A stretch of 53,855 bases of DNA from a virus. Lineage: Duplodnaviria > Caudoviricetes. The position numbers and the translations under genes were made by a program. The notes under the pieces were generated by a model that searched no databases, was not told the DNA's origin, and was given only the letters and a program-made list of their open reading frames with translations. The stretch is from positions 1 to 53,855 of the IMG/VR virus record IMGVR_UViG_3300027771_000019. One strand, written 5' to 3'. Shown here piece by piece: positions 35,669 to 43,334 of the stretch; within the stretch, counting starts at the first letter, position 1; each line of letters opens with the position of its first letter.

Positions 35669-37506
35669 TGGTATTTGATATTGAGACCGATGGTCTTAAC
35701 CCAAGTAAAATACATTGCCTATCCTACACCAGTGACGGTAAGGAATACACCACCGTTACCCATGATGATGACATGAGACAGTTACTATGGGATGCTAAGG
35801 GTCTGATAGGCCACAACATCTTACGGTATGACATACCAGTACTTGAGAGACTTCTTCACATGAAGATCAAGGCAAGGCTGTATGATACATTACCTATGTC
35901 ATGGGTGATCAACTACGAAAGGGGTAAGCATGGACTTGCTACCTTCGGTGAAGAGTTTGGTATACCTAAGCCTGTTGTAACTGATTGGACTGATCAAGAC
36001 ATACAAGTCTATATCCATCGGTGTGAGGAAGACGTTAAGATCAACTGGAAGCTATGGCAGAACCTGCTCAAGCGGTACATGTTTATCTACAAGGACAAGA
36101 AAACCTTGGACAAGTTCTTTGGTTATCTTTCGTTCAAGATGAACTGCGCAGCAGAAGCTGAGAGATCAGGATGGAAGGTTGACCTCAAGCTAGCTCAGGA
36201 CAGCGTAGACAAACTCAAGGAGCAGCAAGACCACAAGGTGTTTGAGCTTAGAGAAGTCATGCCTATGCGTAAGCTTATGTCCATCAAGACAAAGCCAAAG
36301 GTCATGACTAAGAAGGATGGCTCAGTGTCAGCGCATGGTCAGCGTTGGTTTGATCTACTAGGTGTGCATGGGTATCCTCAGAGCTACGAGGGTGATGTCT
36401 CTGTTGTCAGAGGTGTTGATCAGTCTAACCCTAACTCACCTGATCAAGTCAAGGATTGGCTGTATGGTTTAGGTTGGGAGCCTTGCACTCACAAGTTCAA
36501 CAAGAACAAGGAGACTGGTGAAGAAAAGAAGGTACCTCAGATCCGTAAGAACGGTGAGCTTACACCCTCCGTTCAGCTACTCATTGATGACAACCCAGCA
36601 GTAGGGGTACTAGATGGGCTGACTGTTATTCAGCACAGGTTAGGCATCTTCTACGGATTCCTTGAGACACACGTGAATGGTTACGTTAAGGCTGAGATTG
36701 ATGGCCTGACCAACACGCTACGCTTCAAGCACAGGAAACCTCTGGTCAATCTCCCCGGTGTTGACAAGCCTTGGGGTAAGGAGATACGTGGTTGTCTGAC
36801 GGTACCTGATGAGGACTACACCTTATGTGGTGCTGACATGACATCCCTTGAAGACACTACCAAGCGGCACTATATGAAACCATATGACCCCGACTACGTA
36901 GAAGAGATGTCTAGGGATGGCTTTGATCCACACCTTGACCTAGCCTTACATGCTGGTGCTATTACCCAAGATCAGATTGACAAGCACAACTCAGGTGAGG
37001 TCAGCCTTAAGTCCTTGCGTAAGAACTACAAGGTGGTCAACTACTCAGCTACCTACGGTGTAGGTGCAGCCAAGCTATCACGTGAGACAGGCATGTCAGT
37101 AGGTGAGGCAGCAGCTTTGCTAGATGCATACTGGGAACGCAACTGGGCAGTCAAACAGTTTGCTGAGGATCAGAAGATCAGGAAGCTTGACGGTGAGATG
37201 TGGGTACAGAATCCAGTGAGTAAGTTCTGGCACAACCTTCGGTATGAAAAAGATGCATTCTCTACGATCAATCAATCTACTGGAGCCTATTGCTTTGACA
37301 AGTGGGTTGCACTATATCGTACTAAGAGGGGCAACGTCATTGGTCAGTTCCATGATGAGAGCATCAACCTTGTCAAGAAGGGCGAGGAACAGGAGCATAC
37401 TAAGGTCTTGGTCTGGGCCATAGAAAAACTTAATAAAGAACTTAAATTAAATGTTGACTTAGGCATTGACGTGCAGTACGGTCAACGGTATAGTGAAATA
37501 CACTAA
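35665..37506 (+). CDS. polA: Family A DNA polymerase with 3'-5' exonuclease
   Basis: DIETD exo I; motif A GADMTSLE; motif B RKNYKVVNYSATYG; motif C QFHDE. Confidence 0.95.
   Translation: MMVFDIETDGLNPSKIHCLSYTSDGKEYTTVTHDDDMRQLLWDAKGLIGHNILRYDIPVLERLLHMKIKARLYDTLPMSWVINYERGKHGLATFGEEFGIPKPVVTDWTDQDIQVYIHRCEEDVKINWKLWQNLLKRYMFIYKDKKTLDKFFGYLSFKMNCAAEAERSGWKVDLKLAQDSVDKLKEQQDHKVFELREVMPMRKLMSIKTKPKVMTKKDGSVSAHGQRWFDLLGVHGYPQSYEGDVSVVRGVDQSNPNSPDQVKDWLYGLGWEPCTHKFNKNKETGEEKKVPQIRKNGELTPSVQLLIDDNPAVGVLDGLTVIQHRLGIFYGFLETHVNGYVKAEIDGLTNTLRFKHRKPLVNLPGVDKPWGKEIRGCLTVPDEDYTLCGADMTSLEDTTKRHYMKPYDPDYVEEMSRDGFDPHLDLALHAGAITQDQIDKHNSGEVSLKSLRKNYKVVNYSATYGVGAAKLSRETGMSVGEAAALLDAYWERNWAVKQFAEDQKIRKLDGEMWVQNPVSKFWHNLRYEKDAFSTINQSTGAYCFDKWVALYRTKRGNVIGQFHDESINLVKKGEEQEHTKVLVWAIEKLNKELKLNVDLGIDVQYGQRYSEIH
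37466..37494 (+). promoter_or_regulatory. Promoter TTGACG-N17-TATAGT upstream of the SSB-like gene
   Basis: Motif lies within the 3' end of polA. Confidence 0.5.
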
Positions 37507-37509
37507 CAC

Positions 37510-38037
37510 ATGGAGGGCCAAACGATGGCTACACGTAGAGTAAAACTAACTGGAACTGCTGAGTGGGCTAAGGTGTTCACACAGAATCGTGACATGCTAG
37601 GCTTTGAAGAAGCTTACGTAAGTTGTGACGGTGCTTGCACCATTGATATTATCCTTGACGAAGCAAACATGTCCTTGCTCAAGGCTTCTAAGTCTATGAA
37701 GCGAGGCAAGCCTGACCCACAAGGACGGGGCACAATGGTACGTCTTGTCCGTAAGTTTGACACAGGCTTTGACTGGGCATCAGGTCCACCCGTAGTACTC
37801 AAACCTAACGGTGAGACATGGGACTATGACATGGATGGTACTATTGGTAATGGATCAACGGTAGAAGTTATCCTGTCTGTCTATGATACTAAGATGAAGA
37901 GTATTGTAGGTACACGTCTTGACACAGTAAAGGTACTCACCCTTGTTGAGTATGTCCCTGATGATGGTGACATTGAGATCGCATCAGTGCCTACTGCTAA
38001 GTCACCTGCACTAGACAATTCAGAAGTGATGTTCTGA
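37510..38037 (+). CDS. ssDNA-binding protein-like (gp2.5-like); likely start MATRRV
   Basis: IGNGSTVEV motif, acidic tail ending in Phe, position after the polymerase. Confidence 0.65.
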   Translation: MEGQTMATRRVKLTGTAEWAKVFTQNRDMLGFEEAYVSCDGACTIDIILDEANMSLLKASKSMKRGKPDPQGRGTMVRLVRKFDTGFDWASGPPVVLKPNGETWDYDMDGTIGNGSTVEVILSVYDTKMKSIVGTRLDTVKVLTLVEYVPDDGDIEIASVPTAKSPALDNSEVMF

Positions 38038-38039
38038 TC

Positions 38040-38747
38040 ATGATGGGGAAAATTCTGATTGACGGTGACATCATTGCCTATCGTGCGGGGTTTTCCTCAA
38101 ACGACCTTACAGCTACACACGCTGAGTCAAAGGTAGATGAACTGATAAGTAAAATCCTTGAGGATACTGAGGGTTTTGCTGACAACAACTATGAAGTTTA
38201 TCTTACAGGTAAAGGTAACTTTAGGTTTGACATAGCCACAACCCTTGAGTATAAGGGTAATCGTAAAGACACAGCAAAGCCTATACATCTAAAACACATA
38301 CGGGAATACATGGTTAGTAAGTATGAAGCTACTGTAAGCGAAGGCGAGGAAGCCGATGATCTCATTGCCATAGAGGCAACAAAAGTTGGGATGAATGCAG
38401 TAGTTGCTTCTATAGACAAAGACATGTTGCAGATACCATGCTTCCACTACAACATCACAAAGAAAGAGCTAAGTGCTGTTGGTAAGTTTACTGGTCTGAA
38501 GTTCTTCTATACTCAGATACTCACAGGCGACAAGGCGGATAACATCAAGGGTCTACATAGGTGTGGGCCTGTTAAGGCAAAGAATATATTGCTTGAGTGT
38601 GACACGGAAATGAAACTCTGGGATGCTTGCGTTGAAGCCTACGAGGGTGACAAGGATCGTGTCATTGAGAATGCCAGATTGCTTTGGTTACGCAGAGAAA
38701 TAGACCAACTATGGGAGCCACCCGTTGACCACAACACGATCAGCTAA
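38040..38747 (+). CDS. 5'-3' exonuclease (T7 gp6-like)
   Basis: IDGDIIAY, YKGNR, EADDLI, DKDMLQIP, GDKADNIKG. Confidence 0.9.
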   Translation: MMGKILIDGDIIAYRAGFSSNDLTATHAESKVDELISKILEDTEGFADNNYEVYLTGKGNFRFDIATTLEYKGNRKDTAKPIHLKHIREYMVSKYEATVSEGEEADDLIAIEATKVGMNAVVASIDKDMLQIPCFHYNITKKELSAVGKFTGLKFFYTQILTGDKADNIKGLHRCGPVKAKNILLECDTEMKLWDACVEAYEGDKDRVIENARLLWLRREIDQLWEPPVDHNTIS

Positions 38748-39078
38748 GGCTAAGGGCCGCACAGGTCAGCAAGAAGTTAGGGACAAACTCTTGGAAACGT
38801 TCCCGGAGTTTGAACCTGATGACATCAAGAGTACAACAATGGGGGATGGTGGAGAAGACATCCAGCTATCCCCTGCTGCTCGTAAGAAGATGCCAATTAG
38901 TATAGAAGTTAAGCGTAGAAAGGGTGAGCTTAAGACTGTGTATGGTTACATAGAGCAAGCTTCTAAGCATGGCAAAGGAGAGCCTGTAGTTTTCTTTCGT
39001 TCAGATAGAAAGCCTTGGGTTGTCATGGTCGGCATGAATCACTATGCTGAACTCCTTAGAAACTGGAAGAAAGACTAA
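38725..39078 (+). CDS. PD-(D/E)XK Holliday-junction resolvase-like nuclease
   Basis: SAKAKGR..QQEVRD, GEDI, SIEVK. Confidence 0.75.
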   Translation: MTTTRSAKAKGRTGQQEVRDKLLETFPEFEPDDIKSTTMGDGGEDIQLSPAARKKMPISIEVKRRKGELKTVYGYIEQASKHGKGEPVVFFRSDRKPWVVMVGMNHYAELLRNWKKD

Positions 39079-39080
39079 TC

Positions 39081-39326
39081 ATGACAGAAGTAGTAAAGGT
39101 TTGGGACATACTAGCAGGTCCAATCTCAGTAGAAGATAACGAGAATCTTAAAGAGTTTCCAGAAGAGTGCCAACAACTTCTAATCTGTAAGGCAGAAGTG
39201 GAAGGTGAAGTAGAAACAGTACACTACTGGTTTGAAACAATAGAGGATGCAAACGAATGGGTAAAACATTTTCGTGCTAGCATAGAACCTCTTGAAATAA
39301 ATTATGGAGGAGAGTACGATGCATAG
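39081..39326 (+). CDS. Hypothetical protein
   Basis: ORF in the replication operon. Confidence 0.6.
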   Translation: MTEVVKVWDILAGPISVEDNENLKEFPEECQQLLICKAEVEGEVETVHYWFETIEDANEWVKHFRASIEPLEINYGGEYDA

Positions 39327-39327
39327 C

Positions 39328-39356
39328 TTGACATTACTCTCTTCCTGCGTATAACT
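39328..39356 (+). promoter_or_regulatory. Promoter TTGACA-N16-TATAACT for the MazG-RNR block
   Basis: Exact motif match. Confidence 0.8.
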
Positions 39357-39370
39357 AGGAGTTTCTGAAA

Positions 39371-39535
39371 ATGGAATATGAAGTTGTACTCAACATTACA
39401 GTAGACCCATTAGCCAATTTCTTAGAGGTTGATGACATTGAAAGTTCAAGGGTAGTCTTACAGGTTATCCAAGACATGTTGTATGACATGGATGATATAG
39501 CAGTAGAAAGATGTGAGGTAACACGGAATGACTAA
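39371..39535 (+). CDS. 54-aa acidic protein (not in ORF track)
   Basis: MEYEVVLNITVDPLANFLEV...; AGGAG upstream. Confidence 0.55.
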   Translation: MEYEVVLNITVDPLANFLEVDDIESSRVVLQVIQDMLYDMDDIAVERCEVTRND

Positions 39536-39734
39536 AGTAACATTGGATGATATTGAATACGATACAGAAGACTTCAATGAAGATCAGAACAACTACTACC
39601 GAGAGCTGATCAACAATGGTAACGTTGCTGGTGGTATCCAGTACCAACTCAACAGCCTTAATGTTGTACGAGATATCCTTCTCAAGAAACTTAAAGATTC
39701 TTTAGTGGTGGAGACAGTGGATGATAACAAGTGA
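39528..39734 (+). CDS. Hypothetical protein
   Basis: MTKVTLDDIEYDTEDFNEDQ followed by a helix; GAGG SD. Confidence 0.6.
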   Translation: MTKVTLDDIEYDTEDFNEDQNNYYRELINNGNVAGGIQYQLNSLNVVRDILLKKLKDSLVVETVDDNK

Positions 39735-40038
39735 TGAGTATAGTGAGTGGGTTGAACGTAAGATCATAACTTCACCCGAAGATAGACTAACAGAAAACAC
39801 CCTCGGTCTTTGTGAAGAGGCCGGGGAAGTTGCAGGTAAGATTAAGAAACGTATTAGAGATCAATTAAAAGTATCACCTGAAGATATCCTAGCTGAACTA
39901 GGTGATGTACTATTCTATGCCACAGCAATAGCTAACTACTATGAGTTTAATTTAACTGATATCATTAAACTTAATATGCTAAAGCTAGACGGACGTGAGG
40001 CACGAGGAACACTAAAGGGAAGCGGAGATAACCGATGA
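39721..40038 (+). CDS. mazG: MazG-like nucleotide pyrophosphohydrolase
   Basis: LGLCEEAGEVAGKIKK...ELGDVLFY...N..KL..R..GSGDNR. Confidence 0.88.
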   Translation: MITSDEYSEWVERKIITSPEDRLTENTLGLCEEAGEVAGKIKKRIRDQLKVSPEDILAELGDVLFYATAIANYYEFNLTDIIKLNMLKLDGREARGTLKGSGDNR

Positions 40039-41957
40039 GTAATAATTATTTACCTACTGACTATCAAACTTTTATTGCAACCAGTAGGTATGCACGTTGG
40101 CTAGAAGAGGAAGGCCGACGAGAGACATGGGCTGAGACTGTTGAACGTTACCTAGATAATATTATCAAGCCTGTATTAGAAGATGATAATAGCAACGGTC
40201 ATAATGCTGAGGTTGACTTGATCCGTCACCACATGCTGTCACTGCAGGTCATGCCTAGTATGAGGTCAATGATGACTGCGGGTAAAGCTGCTGCACGTGA
40301 CAACACATGTATGTACAACTGTAGCTACCTACCCGTAGATGACCCTAAGTCCTTTGATGAGGCTATGTTCATCCTGCTCTGTGGTACGGGGGTTGGTTTC
40401 AGTGTTGAGCGTCAGTTCATCAGTAAGCTCCCTGATGTCCCTCCCCTCTTTGATAGCGACACTACGGTTGTCATTAAGGACAGCAAGGAAGGTTGGGCGA
40501 AAGGGTTCAGACAAGTTTTAGCACTCCTATGGGCTGGTGAAATCCCTAAGTGGGATGTTAGTAAGGTACGTCCTGCTGGCGCAAGGCTCAAGACATTTGG
40601 TGGTAGAGCCTCTGGTCCTGCACCATTGATTGATCTGTTCATGTTTGCAGCTAACACATTCAAGGCTGCTGAAGGCCGTAGGTTGTCTAGCATTGAGTGT
40701 CACGACTTGATGTGTAAGATTGGTGAGGTAGTAGTTGTAGGTGGTGTACGCCGCAGTGCTATGATCTCCCTATCTAATCTGTCTGATGATCGTATGCGTC
40801 ATGCTAAGTCAGGTAACTGGTGGGAGAATGCAGGGCATCGTGCCTTGGCTAACAACTCAGTGTCCTACTCAGAGAAGCCCGACAGCATTGCATTCATGCG
40901 TGAGTGGACAGCACTGATGGAAAGTGGGAGCGGTGAGCGTGGTATATTTAATAGAGAAGCTTCGGTTAAGCAAGCAGCAAAGAATGGAAGACGAGAAACT
41001 TGCTATGAGTTCGGAACCAACCCGTGTTCGGAGATCATTCTACGCCCGAATCAGTTCTGTAATCTCTCGGAGGTTGTCATCCGTGCGACAGATGGTATGG
41101 AAGACATTGCAAGAAAAGTCCGTGTTGCAACTATACTTGGAACAATTCAATCCACCTACACCCACTTCCCATACTTGCGAAAGGTGTGGCAGTCCAATAC
41201 AGCAGCAGAGCGTTTGCTTGGTGTGTCACTCACGGGGATAATGGATAACCCACTGATGACTATGGACAACAAAGGGTTGGCTGATACACTGGAGTACTTA
41301 AAAGATGTTGCTGTTTCTACTAATGCTGAGTGGGCTAATCGCCTTGGTATACCTGTCGCAACTGCTATTAGTTGCGTTAAGCCCAGTGGAACTGTCTCAC
41401 AGTTGGTGGATAGTGCGTCTGGGATTCATGCTCGTCACTCTCCTTATTACATACGAACTGTTAGGGGCGATAACAAAGACCCTCTGACACAGTTCATGAT
41501 TGATCAGGGCATCCCTAGCGAGGCTGACGTTATGAAGCCTGACCAGACCACAGTGTTCAGCTTCCCCATGAAGTCACCCGATGGTGCTGTTCATACTGCT
41601 GACATGACTGCACTAGAACAGCTAGAGATGTGGCTGATGTATCAGCGTCATTGGTGTGAGCATAAGCCTAGCGTGACGATCAACGTCAAGGCAGACGAGT
41701 GGTTTGAAGTAGGTGCGTTTGTGTATAAACACTTTGATGAGATGTCAGGTGTGTCGTTCCTACCTTTCAATGAACACACGTATCAACAAGCACCATATCA
41801 AGACGTAGATATTACAACATACAGAAATCTTAAATCTCTGATGCCTTTGTCTATTGACTGGACTAAGTTATCATCCTACGAGATGGAGGATAATACATCA
41901 GGTATGCAGACTATGGCATGTACTGGTGATGTGTGTGAGATGGTGGACATTACGTAA
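40035..41957 (+). CDS. nrdJ: Class II (adenosylcobalamin-dependent) ribonucleotide reductase
   Basis: YNCS, GTGVGFS, TNPCSEI, CVKPSGT, C-terminal CTGDVC; no beta subunit gene present. Confidence 0.92.
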   Translation: MSNNYLPTDYQTFIATSRYARWLEEEGRRETWAETVERYLDNIIKPVLEDDNSNGHNAEVDLIRHHMLSLQVMPSMRSMMTAGKAAARDNTCMYNCSYLPVDDPKSFDEAMFILLCGTGVGFSVERQFISKLPDVPPLFDSDTTVVIKDSKEGWAKGFRQVLALLWAGEIPKWDVSKVRPAGARLKTFGGRASGPAPLIDLFMFAANTFKAAEGRRLSSIECHDLMCKIGEVVVVGGVRRSAMISLSNLSDDRMRHAKSGNWWENAGHRALANNSVSYSEKPDSIAFMREWTALMESGSGERGIFNREASVKQAAKNGRRETCYEFGTNPCSEIILRPNQFCNLSEVVIRATDGMEDIARKVRVATILGTIQSTYTHFPYLRKVWQSNTAAERLLGVSLTGIMDNPLMTMDNKGLADTLEYLKDVAVSTNAEWANRLGIPVATAISCVKPSGTVSQLVDSASGIHARHSPYYIRTVRGDNKDPLTQFMIDQGIPSEADVMKPDQTTVFSFPMKSPDGAVHTADMTALEQLEMWLMYQRHWCEHKPSVTINVKADEWFEVGAFVYKHFDEMSGVSFLPFNEHTYQQAPYQDVDITTYRNLKSLMPLSIDWTKLSSYEMEDNTSGMQTMACTGDVCEMVDIT

Positions 41958-42011
41958 CCGGGGGATCTTCCTGAGCAAGAAGCAAACTGCTCACAACAGA
42001 GGAGTAATATT

Positions 42012-42206
42012 ATGTATGTATACTTAGTAGTACTAATGCTTAATGGTTTGTATTCAGTTCAGGCACCTAACATGGTGTTCCCTGATAAGGATACTTGTGA
42101 ACGAGTCAGAGCAATCAACACCAAGAAACTTAGGGACAAAAGCCCTACACCAAATGCAAAGTACTATGCTATTTGTGTGCAGATACCAAAGGATATAGAC
42201 GCTTAA
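42012..42206 (+). CDS. Small protein with hydrophobic N-terminus
   Basis: GAGGAG SD; F..C....C pattern. Confidence 0.55.
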   Translation: MYVYLVVLMLNGLYSVQAPNMVFPDKDTCERVRAINTKKLRDKSPTPNAKYYAICVQIPKDIDA

Positions 42207-42646
42207 TGCAACTAGAACTATTTGAAGCTGTCAAAACTGTCTGTGAGAATGGCCTTGAATGTAATAACTGTGGTGTTGTACAACCTGTAGAAAACTTTCA
42301 ACACATGGTATCAGGTGAGATAAAAAGAAAGTGTAGGAGTTGCGCACGTAATCAATCTAGGTTAATCAAACATCTAAAGACACTGCATCCGTACCCTGAT
42401 GAGGGCTATACCTGTCCCATCTGTAATCGTACTATAGAAGACATAGCTAGAAAAGGCCAGAAGATGTTAAGGTCTTGGGTCTTAGATCATTGTCATGAGA
42501 CAGAAACCTATAGGGGTTGGGTGTGCTTTAACTGTAACACAGGACTAGGTGCCTTCAAGGATGACTTGCAGAAGGTTAGTAATGCCTGTAAGTATCTTGA
42601 ACAACATGAAGCTAATCTAAATAAAGGAATTAATACTAATGACTAA
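42206..42646 (+). CDS. Endonuclease VII-like (HNH) nuclease
   Basis: CPIC...LDHCHET..RGWVCFNCNTGLG; start re-assigned to MQLELF. Confidence 0.85.
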   Translation: MQLELFEAVKTVCENGLECNNCGVVQPVENFQHMVSGEIKRKCRSCARNQSRLIKHLKTLHPYPDEGYTCPICNRTIEDIARKGQKMLRSWVLDHCHETETYRGWVCFNCNTGLGAFKDDLQKVSNACKYLEQHEANLNKGINTND

Positions 42647-42980
42647 GTGGACAGTACCAAGCACCGGAGATATATTTGGTATGGCGGAAGACTTTGAGAA
42701 GGAGATGAACGTAGACAATCTTATGGAACGGGACAAAACGTGGATTGATGAATGTTTTGACCCAGTAACTAAGCCTTTACATTACAACACAGGTGGTGTA
42801 GAATGTATTGACTACATCAAGCAAGTCTTAGGCACTGAGGGTTTTATTGCGTACTGTCATGGTAATATGATTAAGTATCAACACCGTCACAGATACAAGA
42901 ACAACCCTGTTGAGGACATGGATAAAGCCAACTGGTACATGCAGAAGATGCGTGAAGCAATGAAGGAGATCCACAAGTGA
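42639..42980 (+). CDS. DUF3310 (T7 gp1.7-like) protein
   Basis: DPVTKPLHYNTGGVECIDYI...GNMIKY..R...K..EDMDKANWY. Confidence 0.8.
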   Translation: MTKWTVPSTGDIFGMAEDFEKEMNVDNLMERDKTWIDECFDPVTKPLHYNTGGVECIDYIKQVLGTEGFIAYCHGNMIKYQHRHRYKNNPVEDMDKANWYMQKMREAMKEIHK

Positions 42981-43141
42981 AACCATACGATCAGGGTAAG
43001 GAAGCCTTCAAGTCAGGCAAGGTAGGCAATCCTTACGGTGCTAACACACGACCTAACAAAGATTGGGAGTTCGGTTTTAATACTGAGTATTTCAAGAACT
43101 TAGAAAAGATAGTAGAGCATGACCAAGCCAATCAATCTTGA
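42977..43141 (+). CDS. 54-aa Rmf/CrpP-fold-like protein (not in ORF track)
   Basis: MKPYDQGKEAFKSGKVGNPYGANTRPNKDWEFGF; AAGGAG SD, GTG start overlapping the upstream stop. Confidence 0.6.
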   Translation: MKPYDQGKEAFKSGKVGNPYGANTRPNKDWEFGFNTEYFKNLEKIVEHDQANQS

Positions 43142-43334
43142 ACAGGAAGCCAAGAAGTACGCTCGTAATAAACGTAACCCCAACATGATAAAACCCCTGA
43201 CCGCCCGGAGGTACCTAGCAGGACAAGCACTTGCTGGAATACTTTCGGGTGGAAGAGGGGCTTTAAATATGTCTGAAGTAAGGCGTTCATCATACGAGTG
43301 GGCAGACTATATGTTAGATGGTGAAGAGGATTAA
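43119..43334 (+). CDS. Hypothetical protein
   Basis: LTARRYLAGQALAGIL...SYEWADYML pattern common in phage small proteins. Confidence 0.65.
   Translation: MTKPINLEQEAKKYARNKRNPNMIKPLTARRYLAGQALAGILSGGRGALNMSEVRRSSYEWADYMLDGEED

Noticed and set aside
39957-40034. Cobalamin riboswitch upstream of the B12-dependent RNR
   Set aside because: nrdJ overlaps the mazG stop, leaving no leader, and no B12-box was seen
42206-42646. EndoVII/HNH gene as an intron-encoded homing endonuclease
   Set aside because: It is free-standing and coupled to neighbours; nrdJ, polA and terL appear uninterrupted (no intron or intein seen)
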